Source of the DNA: a bacterium
GTDB taxonomy: Bacteria; UBA8248; JACPRG01; G963555815
Direction of reading: 5' to 3'
NCBI GenBank assembly: GCA_965261595.1
Contig: CBDHDG010000004.1
Coordinates: 416,001 to 480,000, forward strand
DNA length: 64,000 bases
Shown: in pieces, positions 1-10,951 of the stretch
Layout of the letters: each line of letters starts with the position of its first letter
Numbering within the stretch: position 1 is the stretch's first letter
Notes under the pieces: model-generated
The model's database searches: none
What the model saw: the letters and a program-made list of their open reading frames with translations, nothing else
Told to the model about the DNA's origin: nothing
Program-made: the position numbers and the translations under genes

Positions 1-303
1 CCGAGACCCCCTTCAGCTTCAGTTGCTGGCTCAGGCGCACTCCCCCCACATGGGATGCTCCAGGGATAAGGCCAGGATCTGCTCCATCACCTCGGGGGGC
101 ATGGTGAAGGGATGGGAGAAATGAATCGGGGGCAGGTCTTTGAGGCCCTCCCCCCCGTGGGTCTGAAAGCGGCGCTTGTACTCGTAGAACTGGCTGCGGC
201 TCATGCCCCGTCGCGGTAGGCCTCCGATACGTTGCCCAGGGCCTCGGCCAGTTGCAGGGCGCTGAGTCGATGCTTCACAACCTTCTTCTCTGCCGTTGTT
301 ATG
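1..303 (-). pseudogene. IS481-family transposase N-terminal remnant (runs off window)
   Basis: Minus strand reads TTAEKKVVKHRLSALQLAEALGNVSEA / GMSRSQFYEYKRRFQTHG.EGLKDLPPIH.SHP across frameshifts; GGAGGAG RBS precedes an ATA where the start should be. Confidence 0.75.
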
Positions 304-773
304 GCTCCTCCCGCTCTGTCATTCGGGGGTTCTCCTTCCCCCTTTGAAAGATATCATCTGTTCGGGTAGATGCATCGAGCTATTTTACGTGACTGTGAAA
401 CCCTTATATAATATTGATATATTGGATAATACACATTATTTCGGTTCTTTCTCGGAACTCGCCTTCTGTAGTCCGTAATCAAAATGAAAGCGGATTCGTT
501 AAAACGCCTGCGCATCCCGGCGAGTCCCTGTCGGTAATCGTTCGACCGGGCCGTGATGGGCTGCTGATTCTACCGATTGAGAGTTGGCTTCCAATCTCTT
601 CTGAGGGGGCGGAGCCAGATGTCCTTCTTGGGTTTGTCATATTGTTTGAACCTGTCCTAGCGCCCGCGTCCCTTGGTGGTTTCGACGTGGATCCAGGCGG
701 AGGCCATGTAGACGCCGCCGGTGAAGCGCGGGGTCTCGACGGCGGCATATTCGCTCACCAGCCGCCCCCACCT

Positions 774-1257
774 TCACTCTCCGGCAAGTGGCACACCCTC
801 CACGATGTGTCGCTGAATAGCCTCCGCCCAATGGGCCATGAAATCTTCGAAGGCCTCTCCGAACGATCGAACGAAGTCGTCCGCATCGGATGACAGGGAC
901 GTCATGCGATACCTTACGGACGCCCGGCTTCCGCCCTCACCGTCCGGGGGTCACACCAACGTCCACCATGGCAGCGGGGTGGTCCGGAACTATGTACACG
1001 AACGACGCGACACCTGTGGCGGGCTCATGTCGCGTCTGGACCCACGTCGCGGTTCCAACACCCTTCTTGGTGGTCTGAAAGACGACGCCCTCTCCCGCAC
1101 CGAGCTCGACCGGATGCACGAAGCACGGGTCCCACCCTTCCACCCACCGTCGCTCACCCTATGCATTGAACAGCGGGAACGCCTCCGCATCCGACAAGAC
1201 CATGCCCACCATGCCCGCCCTCTCTACGTGGACTCGCTCGCCAGTGTCAGTCGCCAT
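774..1257 (-). pseudogene. SRPBCC-like hypothetical protein, disrupted
   Basis: MATDTGE...FPLFNA*GERRWVEGWDP...VDVGVTP then frameshifted ...SVRYRMTSLS...; in-frame TAG at 1159-1161 plus two frameshifts. Confidence 0.5.
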
Positions 1258-1950
1258 GGTCGCTCCCGGCCCGTATGCTGTAGAGTCATGAAATTGCCAG
1301 CGTAACATGAGGGTCAGAACGGACAACCGCGCTACCGTGGAAGGACAAGCTGGACATGCTCCTCGTCGAGGGTAGGTGTTCGAGCAAACCGCCCTTGCGA
1401 CGAGATCGCCTGCCGTCGAAGGCTCGAAGGTTATCGAGAGCGAGTAGGCGTCCATCAACGAATAGTGGACGCCGTCAAGGTGCCCAGCTCACGACCCCTC
1501 ACCCTGCCCCAATCTCATCCGAACAGAACAGGCGGGCTGCGCCGGAGGGTTACCCATCACGGCCTGGCCGAACGGTTACCCCTGTCGCCCTGGCGAACCG
1601 TTGCACCTTCACCGTAATATAAAAAAGTCCGACCCTGCAACAAATCGCTTATGGTTACGCTCTGGCACCCGGTAACGCCTATCCACGAACCACCGGTCTT
1701 GTCTCTTACGCGCCGGAATACAAGCGCGTTTGACGGATGAGTTTTTGCCATGGGAACACCTCCTGCGCACAGTCTGAAGGTGTCCACTGAAACAGGTCAA
1801 CTCCATAACGGTGATCGCGGCGGTCCGCGAAACTCCACGCCGGGGAAGGCGGGCGCGGCCGCGCGATGAAAAAATCTCCGGACATCGGCCTCAGCCTTTC
1901 CCAAGCGCGTCGGAAAGTACGCCGGAACCGGAGAAAGGAGGCAGAACGCC

Positions 1951-2301
1951 ATGGCGAAGACCCTGAACAAGCACATCCGCGTCGATGAAGATCACTGGCA
2001 ACGGATCGAGGACGCCCCCAACGCGCGCGGAATTTCACTGAACCGCTTGATCATCGAAGCCGCGTTGCAGGACGTCAAGAGCCGGGAATGACCGCGAACC
2101 GAGTTTGAACTCTGCGTCGCACGGTCGTGCCTGTTCACCGCGCAAGTCCTCGCGCGCGACCCGATCGCCGCCGGGCGCGAGAAAGAGCTCGAACAGATCC
2201 GCCACGACGTCTCGCAATTGGCTCCGGAACTGCCGGAGAAGACGGTGGAACCGGTGCCGCCCGGCGTCCAGTCTCCAGACATTCCCGAGGGCGATGCCTG
2301 A
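1951..2301 (+). pseudogene. Ribbon-helix-helix (CopG/MobC-like) protein with internal stop
   Basis: AGGAGG RBS, MAKTLNKHIRVDEDHWQRIEDA..RGIS; in-frame TGA at 2089 followed by an open frame to 2301; architecture resembles 13678-14061. Confidence 0.55.
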
Positions 2302-2603
2302 TGTTGCCATCGGAATCCCGGCGTCGCACGGACGTGCCCGCAGCCGGCGCAGCGCGTGATCTCATTCTATCCATTGCGTCGCACCCTCGATGATCTCGGC
2401 GATAAGCCAGCCTCTTCTCTTTAGCGCAGCGATGGTTTGATCGGCGGACTGATCACCGCCCAACGCCGAGCGCGGAACAGCAAGGCAAAGCAAATGGCTG
2501 GGGCGGGTCATCGCCACATAGGTATGCAGAAGACGCTGCATATCCCGCTTTCCCGCCCCTTTTCCGTTAGACTTATCCCCAACTAGTTATCTGTTACAGT
2601 CCA

Positions 2604-2870
2604 CTAGAACCGCATTCCGAGATGGAGGAGGCCGGAGTATTCCCGATCATCCGAACCCAGGCCGCCCGCCGAGACCTCGCCGCCGAGCGAGAAGCGGCCC
2701 CAGCGGTAAACCCCGCTCAGACCCGGCAGAACCCGGTTTTTCGCGGACTCCGACCTGAGATCCTCTCCCCATACCTCCAAGGCCGTTTCCGCGCTCTCGA
2801 ACGTCCGCTCCGCATCCAGCGAGCCGCGCAAGGAGAACGTCCACTCCCCCCGACGGGCGCGGGTGCGGAC
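2604..2870 (-). pseudogene. C-terminal remnant of an autotransporter/outer-membrane beta-barrel
   Basis: Amphipathic strands ending YSGLLHLGMRF (terminal Phe); no credible N-terminus. Confidence 0.55.
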
Positions 2871-2936
2871 GGTGCATCGACGTTTCCGGAATTCCATCCT
2901 CCGCTGGAGGGCGAGGTGCTCGCTTGGTCGCGATTG

Positions 2937-3003
2937 CCCCCCCACCGCATCAGCCTTCGCCCGGAGGCTCGGCTTCTGCGACTCCCCCTCAAGGGGGGAG
3001 TGA
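2937..3003. repeat. REP-like palindromic element
   Basis: CCCCCCCACC...ACTCCCCCTCAAGGGGGGAGT, palindrome at 2981-3001. Confidence 0.5.
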
Positions 3004-3280
3004 TTCCGGAGCAGCGAGGGCATGCCATCAGCTTGTGATTCCCACCCTTGCCGGATACACGCGGGGACAGGAACCAGCGGGAATCCGTCCATCGGGGCTG
3101 AAACGGGGGTTCAATGGGCCTGAAACGGGCCTGCAAGGGTGTTGAAAAGGGGAGGGATTCTCATCGACATTTCCAGTTGATATGATATTCTTGGTAAAAG
3201 AATATGCAATATCTCGTGTATATATACGTTCATCGGTTAGTTCAGCCTCTACATGTTGCGTCTTTTTCGTCAAACATCTA

Positions 3281-6200
3281 ATGCCGAAAACACGGGCCAA
3301 TGAAGACGACCATCGAGCCTCCGGACTCCACGGCCGGGTCCGGCCTTCTCCGCCTCACGTAGCTCGGGCTCCCGCGGGGAGACACCGTTGTCAGGGTCTC
3401 GTGGTCTTCGCCATCGTGCTGTCGGCGCTTCTGTCCGGCGCCGCGGCGGCACAGGAGGACGTCGAGGTATGGGACGGTACAGTGGAGGTGTCGCCGGGCA
3501 CGTTGACGATCGAAAAGGGAAAGAGCCTCTCCTACCGCTTGAGACTTTCCAAGGCGCCGACCTCCGACGGATGGTTTGTCAGGGTGCGCGTCGACGGCGT
3601 GGTGTACAACGACGGCCTCTACAAGGGCATCCGTTGGGTGCCGTCGGTCGGCTGGGAGTTCAATCAGGACAACTGGGACCAATGGCGAGACATTCACATA
3701 ACGGCGCGGGATGACGCTGAACTCGATACGCCGGTGAAATTCACTCATGAAGTGTGGGAGGACGACTCCTTCTGCCCGGTGCACAATGTGGGCCCGGTGA
3801 CGGTAACCGTCACCGACGAAGACGGGACCGGAACGACCACCCCGCCCTCGCTGAGCATCGACGACGCGACCGTGGCGGAGGTCTCGGGAGCGACGGCCGT
3901 GTTCACGGTGACGCTGAGCGAGACGAGCAACCAGGACGTGACCGTGAACTACGCGACCTCGAACGGCACGGCGGCCGCGGGGTCGGACTACACAGCCTCG
4001 AACGGGACGTTGACGATACAAGCGGGTTCCACGACCGGGACGATCACGGTTCCGATTCTGGACGATTCGGTGGACGAGGCGAACGAGACGTTCACGGTGA
4101 CGCTGAATTCCCCGACCAACGCCACGATCTCGGGTGGTTCGGGGAGGGGGACGATCACGGACAACGACGATCCGCCCTCGCTGAGAATCAACGACGTGAC
4201 GGTGATGGAGGCTTCGGGGGCGAGGGCCGAGTTCACGGTGACGCTGAGCGCGGTGAGCGGCCAGGACGTGACGGTGAACTACGCGACCTCGAACGGGGAG
4301 GCGGTTGCGGGGTCGGACTATACGGCCACCGGCTCGACGCTGACGATACAGGCGGGGTCCGAGACCGGAACGATCACGGTTCCGATACTCGACGATTCGG
4401 TGAACGAGCCGAACGAGACGTTCACGGTGACGCTGAGTTCACCGACCAACGCCACGTTGGAGGACGCGGTAGGCGTGGGAACGATCACCGAAGACGACCT
4501 TCCTCCATCTCTACGCATCGATGACGTGAGGACGGCGGAGGCTTCGGGAGCGACGGCCGTGTTCACGGTCAGGTTGAGCAGGGTGAGCGGCCAGGACGTG
4601 ACCGTGGCCTACGCGACCTCGAACGGCACGGCGGTTGCGGGGTCGGACTATACGTCCACCGGCTCGACGTTGACGATACAGGCGGGCTCCGAGACCGGGA
4701 CGATCACGGTTCCGATACTTGACGACGCGCTGGACGAGCCGACCGAGACGTTCACGGTGCGGCTGAGCAATCCGACCAACGCGACGATATCGGACGACGA
4801 AGGGGTCGGAACGATCACGGACAACAACGCTCCGCCCTCACTGAGCATCGACGACGTGACCGTAACCGAGGCTTCGGGGGCGACGGCCGTGTTCACGGTG
4901 ACGTTGAGCGGGGTGAGCGGCCGGGACGTGACCGTGGCCTACGCGACCTCGAACGGGACGGCGGTTGCGGGATCGGACTACACGGCCACCGGCTCGACGC
5001 TGACGATACAGGCGGGGTCCGAGACCGGGACGATTACGGTCCCGATTCTGAACGACGCGGTGAGCGAGCCGGCCGAGACGTTCACGGTGACGCTGAATTC
5101 CCCGACCAACGCGACGATATCGGACGACGAAGGGGTCGGAACGATCACGGACAACGATGCTTTGCCCTCGCTGAGAATCAACGACGTGATCGTGATGGAG
5201 GCTTCGGGGGCGAGGGCGGTGTTCACGGTGACGCTGAGCGCGGTGAGCGGCCAGGTGGTGACGGTGGACTACGCGACCTCGGACGTGACGGCGGTTGCGG
5301 GGTCGGACTACACGGCCACCAGTTCGACGTTGACGATACAGGCGGGTTCCCCGACCGGGACGATACGGGTTCCGATTCTGAACGACGCGCTGGACGAACC
5401 GGACGAGACGTTCACGGTGCGGCTGAGCAATCCGGGCAACGCCACGTTGGAGAACCAGGAAGGTGTGGGAACGATTACCGAAGACGACCTTCGGACCTCT
5501 CGTCCTACGATTCGCGACAGCCGTGCCGATAGCCTCCGACCCACGCTGCGCATCGATGATGCGGCTCCCGTAGCCGAGGCTTCGGGGGCCGCGGCGGTGT
5601 TCACGGTGACGCTGAGCGGGGCGAACAGCCAGGACGTGACGGCGGCCTACGCGACCTCGAACGGGACGGCGGTTGCGGGATCGGACACACGGCCACCAGC
5701 TCGACGTTGACGATACAGGCGGGCGCCAGGACCGGGACGATCCAGGTTCCGATACTCGACGATTCGGTGGACGAGCCGAACGAGACGTTCACGGTGCGGC
5801 TGAGCAATCCGACCAACGCGACGATATTGGACGATGAAGGGGTCGGGACGATCGCGGACAACGACGGTCCGCCCTCGCTGAGCATCGACGACGCGACGGT
5901 AACCGAGGCTTCGGGGGCTGTGGCCGAGTTCACGGTGCGGCTGAGCGAGGCGAGCGGCCAGGACGTGACGGTGAACTACACGACCTCGAACGGGACGGCG
6001 GTTGCGGGATCGGACTACACGCGCACGAGCGGGAAGCTGACCTTCGCTGCGAGCGAGACGGAACAGACGATCACGGTTCCGATTCTGGACGACGCGGTGA
6101 GCGAGCCGGCCGAGACGTTCACGGTGACGCTGAGCAATCCGGTGAACGCTACGGTGGCGGACGACGAAGGGACCGGGACGATCATCGATGCGGTTACGGT

Positions 6201-8019
6201 GTCCTACGGGGCGGCGTCGTACACGGTGACGGAGGGCGAATTCATCGAGGTGACCGTGGTTCTCAGCGCGCCTCCCGGTCGATCGGTCGCGGTTCCGATG
6301 ACGCACATGCCCGACGGCGGCGCGGTCGAGACGGACTATTCGGGGGTTCCCGAGAACGTGCTGTTCGGTCCTTCGGAGACGCAAAAGGCCTTTGCCGTCA
6401 GGGCCGTGCAGGACGCAGAGGACGACGACGGGGAGAAGGTCGTGCTCGGATTCGGAGGCCTTCCCCCGGGCGTGACGGCGGCCGATCCCAAAACCGCCAT
6501 TGTGACCATCGAAGAGGACGATCATGCGCCGGATGCAACGCCGAGGCCGTGGCTGGCGCGGTTCGGACGGACGGCGGCGGCTCATGTGGTGGATGCCCTC
6601 GACGAACGGATGCGGTGGCTGGCGGAGCCGCCGCGCTGCCCGCCGGAGCACGGTCCCCGGTGGCGGTGCAGACCGCCGAGCAAGGAACCGCGGTCCGTGG
6701 TGATCAGCGGTCACCGTCTGGAAAGCGGCACGGCGATGACAGAGGCATTCGGACAAATCCGGGCGGAGGATGGGTCAGACGGCAAATGGACGCGGGATGA
6801 CGGAACGCTTGGGGATCGGGGCGTGGACGCATTCCGGAGCCTGACCGCAAGCGAGATCCTGGCCGGGAGCTCTTTCCATGTATCGTCGGAGGAGGAGGGA
6901 GACGGGCGGAGGTTCAGCTTCTGGGGCCGGGGCGCGTTCTCCCGCTTCGATGGCCGCGATGACGGTCTCAGACTGGGCGGGGACGTCACGACCGCTACGC
7001 TTGGGGCCGATGTTGCGGTCGAACGCTGGCTGGCCGGGATCGTGTTGTCGCACAGCCGGGGCGAGGGGACGTTCCCGCTGGACGGTTTCGAGGGTGAGGC
7101 CGCGTCTTCCCTGACCGGTTTCTATCCGTACCTGCGTTACGAGGTGAGCGAGCGCCTGTCGATCTGGGGCATGGCGGGCTACGGCGCGGGAACGCTGACG
7201 TTTACGGCGGACGACGCTGAGCCGATCGATACCGGCATCGCGATGATGATGGGAGCGGCCGGCGCGCGCGGAGAGCTTCCGTCTCCGGCTGACGGGGAAG
7301 ACCTCTCGCTGACGCTCAAGGCGGACGTACTGGTTCTGCGGACCGTCTCCGATGGGGTTTCCGGCCTGAGCGCGGCAAAGGCCGGTGTCAGCCGGCTGCG
7401 TCTGGGGCTCGAGGGATCATACGAGCTCGTCTCCGAGGGCGGCGAGTGGCTTTCGCCGTTCATCGAGGCGGGCCTGCGCCATGACGGGGGTGATGCGGAG
7501 ACGGGCTTCGGCATGGAGATCGGCGGCGGGCTTCGCTATGCGCACCCGGAACTGGGCCTGACGGCGGAACTCAATGCGCGCGGGCTGCTGACGCACGCCA
7601 CGGACGGCTTTGCGGTATGGGGCATGTCGGGGTCGCTGCGCTACGATCCGCACCCGTCCTCGGAGCTTGGCTTGTCTTTCACGCTCTCCCCGTCCTGGGG
7701 GGCGACGGCTTCGGACGGCGTGGACGCGTTGTGGAAGCGCGGCGCCATGGCCGACCTTGCCGCGAACGACGACGCCGGGCCCGGCGGGCGGATTGTTGCC
7801 GAACTCGGCTACGGATTGCCGGTCCTGGGCGGCTCGGGTACGGGAACGCCCCTGGCCGGGGTCGCGCTGTCGGAGACCGGGAGGGACTTCCGCCTCGGCT
7901 ACCGTCTTGGATTCGGTTCCGCCCTGGACATGGGCATCGAGGGCGCGCTCCGGGAGATCGCGAACGGCAGCGATCCCCCGGAATACGGAATCATGCTGCG
8001 GGGCGCGCTGCGATGGTAG
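3281..8019 (+). pseudogene. Calx-beta repeat adhesin with C-terminal autotransporter-like beta-barrel, split by a 1-bp deletion
   Basis: Signal peptide (VVFAIVLSALLSGAAAA), seven 110-aa Calx-beta repeats plus one divergent unit, WLARFGRT linker, barrel ending LRW; GAC(T)AC deletion at 5686/5687 joins ORFs 3182-5710 and 5707-8019. Confidence 0.85.
3841..6190 (+). repeat. Tandem 330-bp Calx-beta coding repeats (7 units)
   Basis: Units start near 3841, 4171, 4501, 4831, 5161, 5540 and 5868; motif F-T-V-x-L-S...V-x-Y-A-T-S-N-G-T-A-x-A-G-S-D-Y. Confidence 0.9.
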
Positions 8020-8128
8020 AGGCGGCGGCCGTCGGCAGATGGCCGGGCCGTTGGGGTTTCAGCACCCACTCAACCCGTCTGCCTTGCCCAGCCGCTCAAC
8101 CCCATATCGATGAGGCGATAAGACGATC

Positions 8129-8920
8129 ATGAAAGAAAAATCCAGGTTCGGCTCTACATGGGGCCCGGCGGTTCTTGCGCTGACGGTCCTTTTCATGCTC
8201 GCGAACGGCGGTCCCGCGAGCGCGGGAAGCGGCGATGCCGCTCTCAATTCCGTCCGGGCGGGGACGTACGCCGGCGTCTTCGCCGGCTTCGGTCGAATGA
8301 GCAACCGGATCGTCGATGTCGACGGCTTCGCGAACTGGGGTCATCCCGGTTCGGTTGTCGACTACGACGATGCCGGGTTCGTCGGCGGCGTGCTGGCGGG
8401 GAAGAGGTTCGAGATGGGCGGCGTGCCGTTCCGGATCGAGATCGACGCCACGTTCGGCGACATGTCGGCGAAAACGAACCAGCTCGATCCCGAAGGTCTG
8501 GACGAGACGGCGGAATCGGAGTTTCGATGGATTGTCACGACGCGCGCCGGCGTCGAACACGCCGTGGGGGGCGCGACCGTATTCGCCGGCGGCGGGTTGG
8601 CGGTCGCCCGGATCGCCCGTTCGGTCATTGACATCGATTCCGGCCCGACGCGGGTGGACCCCGACGATTCCTTCCGCGACACGTCAACGGACATCGGCTG
8701 GGTGATCGGGGCCGGGGTCGAGGTTCCGCTGGCCGATGCCTGGTTCCTGCGGCTCGACGGCTCGTACCTGGATTTCGGGTCGAGCACCTATCATGTGAAC
8801 CGCTCCGGCAACAACTCTTGCGGGCCGGGAAACCCTCGAAGGCCTTGCCCTTACAATATTGAAAACAGGCTTGGCGTCGTGCGCCTGGCGATCATGTACC
8901 GGTTCCGCTGGCAGCGTTGA
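8129..8920 (+). CDS. Outer-membrane beta-barrel protein (Omp25/porin-like)
   Basis: Signal peptide, G.YAGVFAG, GWVIGAGVE, RLDGSYLDFG, terminal YRF motif. Confidence 0.8.
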   Translation: MKEKSRFGSTWGPAVLALTVLFMLANGGPASAGSGDAALNSVRAGTYAGVFAGFGRMSNRIVDVDGFANWGHPGSVVDYDDAGFVGGVLAGKRFEMGGVPFRIEIDATFGDMSAKTNQLDPEGLDETAESEFRWIVTTRAGVEHAVGGATVFAGGGLAVARIARSVIDIDSGPTRVDPDDSFRDTSTDIGWVIGAGVEVPLADAWFLRLDGSYLDFGSSTYHVNRSGNNSCGPGNPRRPCPYNIENRLGVVRLAIMYRFRWQR

Positions 8921-9051
8921 TTCAGCGCGCCGGCTCGCGGAACACGGACAGCGACCGTGGGCTCTGTGGAGTTGACACACATAATTGATCCGAACAAAAA
9001 TCAGGCTTATACAAGTCAAGCTATCGAACCTGAGGAGCGGAGGGAGAAGAC

Positions 9052-9423
9052 ATGCCACTGAACAAGCACGGCTGGACCGTAGCTGGATGTATCTTTGTCT
9101 GTCTCGCCGCCGCCCTGTCGTCGAATGGTCCTGCATACGCCGGCTGCATATCGCAGACGTTCGGTCATACCACCTACTACAATTGCGGCGGCAAGTCCGG
9201 CACGTCGCACAAGGTCGGCAACACCACCATCCACAACTTCGGCGGCAAGTCCGGTATGTCGCACAAGGTCGGCAACACCACCATCCACAACTTCGGCGGC
9301 AAGTCCGGTATGTCGCACAAGGTCGGCAACACCACCATCCACAACTTCGACGGCAAGTCCGGCATGTCGCACAAGGTCGGCGGTATCATCGTCCATAGCG
9401 GTTCACTGTTTAATCACCGCTAA
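9052..9423 (+). CDS. Small secreted protein with 18-aa tandem repeats
   Basis: GGAG RBS, signal peptide ending AYA, repeats GGKSGMSHKVGNTTIHNF. Confidence 0.65.
   Translation: MPLNKHGWTVAGCIFVCLAAALSSNGPAYAGCISQTFGHTTYYNCGGKSGTSHKVGNTTIHNFGGKSGMSHKVGNTTIHNFGGKSGMSHKVGNTTIHNFDGKSGMSHKVGGIIVHSGSLFNHR
9187..9381 (+). repeat. 54-bp tandem repeat, about 3.6 copies
   Basis: Units at 9187, 9241, 9295 and 9349 (partial). Confidence 0.9.
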
Positions 9424-9613
9424 ACATGTCGGCGACGAGCCGTAGATCCATAAGGGGCGGCGCGTTCTCCGTCCCCGCTATCTCATTCAGATCGGGTTCT
9501 TCAGGAGTTGCTTCGGTTCGCGGGCGGGTTGTCCCGGCAAGCAACACTCCCCCGCTCTAGGGTTTTGTTGGACACTCGATTGATCCATGATTCATGGAGA
9601 AAGGGGTGTCGCG

Positions 9614-10000
9614 ATGAACGAACAAAAGCAAGAGGGGGCTTTGGCGGAGGGCGCCCGCAGGGCGAACGGAGCCAAGGCCCCAGGGCATCGCAGTGAGCGG
9701 GGTCGGTTCTCCTGCCAGCGCAAGCGGGAGGCGGTCCTGCGTCTTTTGCGGGGCGAGAGCCTGGAGACGCTCTGCCGCGAGTTGGGCACGACAGCGGCTC
9801 GGCTTTCCGCCTGGCGCGAGGCGTTCCTTCGCGGGGGCGAGGCGGCGCTCAAAGCCCGCCCGGCGGATGAGCGGGCCGAGGAGAACGCCCGGCTCAAGGC
9901 CAAGGTGGGCGAACTCACGATGGAGGGCGAGGTCCTGCGGGAGAAGATCGACCGCCTGGAGGCCGGCCGCCCTTTAGCCGGCAGGAGGTGGAGGCGATGA
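9614..10000 (+). CDS. IS3 OrfA (HTH)
   Basis: RFSCQRKREAVLRLLRGESLETLCRELG; LKAKVGELTM coiled coil. Confidence 0.85.
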   Translation: MNEQKQEGALAEGARRANGAKAPGHRSERGRFSCQRKREAVLRLLRGESLETLCRELGTTAARLSAWREAFLRGGEAALKARPADERAEENARLKAKVGELTMEGEVLREKIDRLEAGRPLAGRRWRR

Positions 10001-10905
10001 GTCAGGCCCGCTTCACCTCCACGGGCAGAGCCTACGGCCTGAAGCGGGTGTGCGCCCTTTGGGGCTTGGCGCTCTCCACGGTCTACGCGCAACGGCGGCG
10101 AGAGGCGGTCCCCGTTCATGAACGCCCCACGCCCAATAAGCGCGGCCCTGTGGGCCCGTGCACCGATGCGGAACTCCTCGGCCACATCCGGCAGGTCCTG
10201 GAGGACTCTCCCTTCCATGGCGAGGGCTACCGCAAGGTGTGGGCGAGGCTGCGCTTCGCGGGCATCCGCACCAGCAAGGAGCGGGTGCGTCGCCTGATGC
10301 GGGAGGCGGGGCTTCAGGCCCCCCACCGGGTGGGCAAACCCCGAGGTCCCAAGGCCCACAACGGGACCATCCGCACCGAGCGGCCCGACCGAATGTGGGG
10401 CACGGACATGACGACGACGGTGACCACCGAGGAGGGGGTGGCCTCGGTGTTCGTGGCGGTGGATCACTGCTCGGTGGACTGCGTGGGGATCCATGCGGCC
10501 AAGAGCGGCAACCGCTTCGAGGCCCTGGAGCCGATCCGGCAGGGGGTCGCCGAGCGCTTCGCCGGCTTGGAGGCGGACGTCGCCGAGGGGCTTAAAGTTC
10601 GTCACGACCACGGCCCCGCCTATCTGTCCGATGACTTTCAGCGGGAGATCGCCTACCTGGGCATGACCAGTTCGCCCAGCTTCGTGCGGGCGCCCGAGGG
10701 AAATGGCTACTGTGAGTGGTTTATCCGCATCTTGAAGGAGAATCTCCTGTGGGTGCGCTCTTTCGCCACCGTAGAGGAACTGCGGTGGGCGCTGCTTGAG
10801 TTCAAGAACCTGTACAACCATCATTGGATTCTCGAGGGCTACGGCTACCGAACGCCGGCCCAGGCAAGGCAGGAAAAACTCGCTCAAGTTGCGGAGGCCG
10901 CATGA
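9997..10905 (+). CDS. IS3 OrfB DDE transposase (rve)
   Basis: GYRKVWARL, WGTD, RHDHG, NGYCE; -1 frame relative to OrfA. Confidence 0.9.
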   Translation: MSQARFTSTGRAYGLKRVCALWGLALSTVYAQRRREAVPVHERPTPNKRGPVGPCTDAELLGHIRQVLEDSPFHGEGYRKVWARLRFAGIRTSKERVRRLMREAGLQAPHRVGKPRGPKAHNGTIRTERPDRMWGTDMTTTVTTEEGVASVFVAVDHCSVDCVGIHAAKSGNRFEALEPIRQGVAERFAGLEADVAEGLKVRHDHGPAYLSDDFQREIAYLGMTSSPSFVRAPEGNGYCEWFIRILKENLLWVRSFATVEELRWALLEFKNLYNHHWILEGYGYRTPAQARQEKLAQVAEAA

Positions 10906-10951
10906 GGTCGAATACCCTCACCCGAGTGTCCAATAACCCAGGGGCGGTCCA

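Larger units (their letters stand above)
9548..10951 (+). mobile_element. IS3-family element, copy 1 (1404 bp)
   Basis: Imperfect IRs TCCCCCGCTCTAGGGTTTTGTTGGACACTCG / CGAGTGTCCAATAACCCAGGGGCGGTCCA; no matching TSD. Confidence 0.92.

Noticed and set aside
2089..2091. Selenocysteine TGA
   Set aside because: Context fits a Trp-to-stop change in a non-redox RHH protein
3100..3150. IS5/IS1182-like terminal sequence (AGGGTGTTGAAAA)
   Set aside because: No partner end or transposase remnant found
3841..6190. Diversity-generating retroelement template/variable repeats
   Set aside because: Differences are not adenine-specific and there is no reverse transcriptase in the window
9187..9381. CRISPR array
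   Set aside because: Repeats are contiguous with no unique spacers, are a multiple of 3 and lie within a signal-peptide ORF; no cas genes
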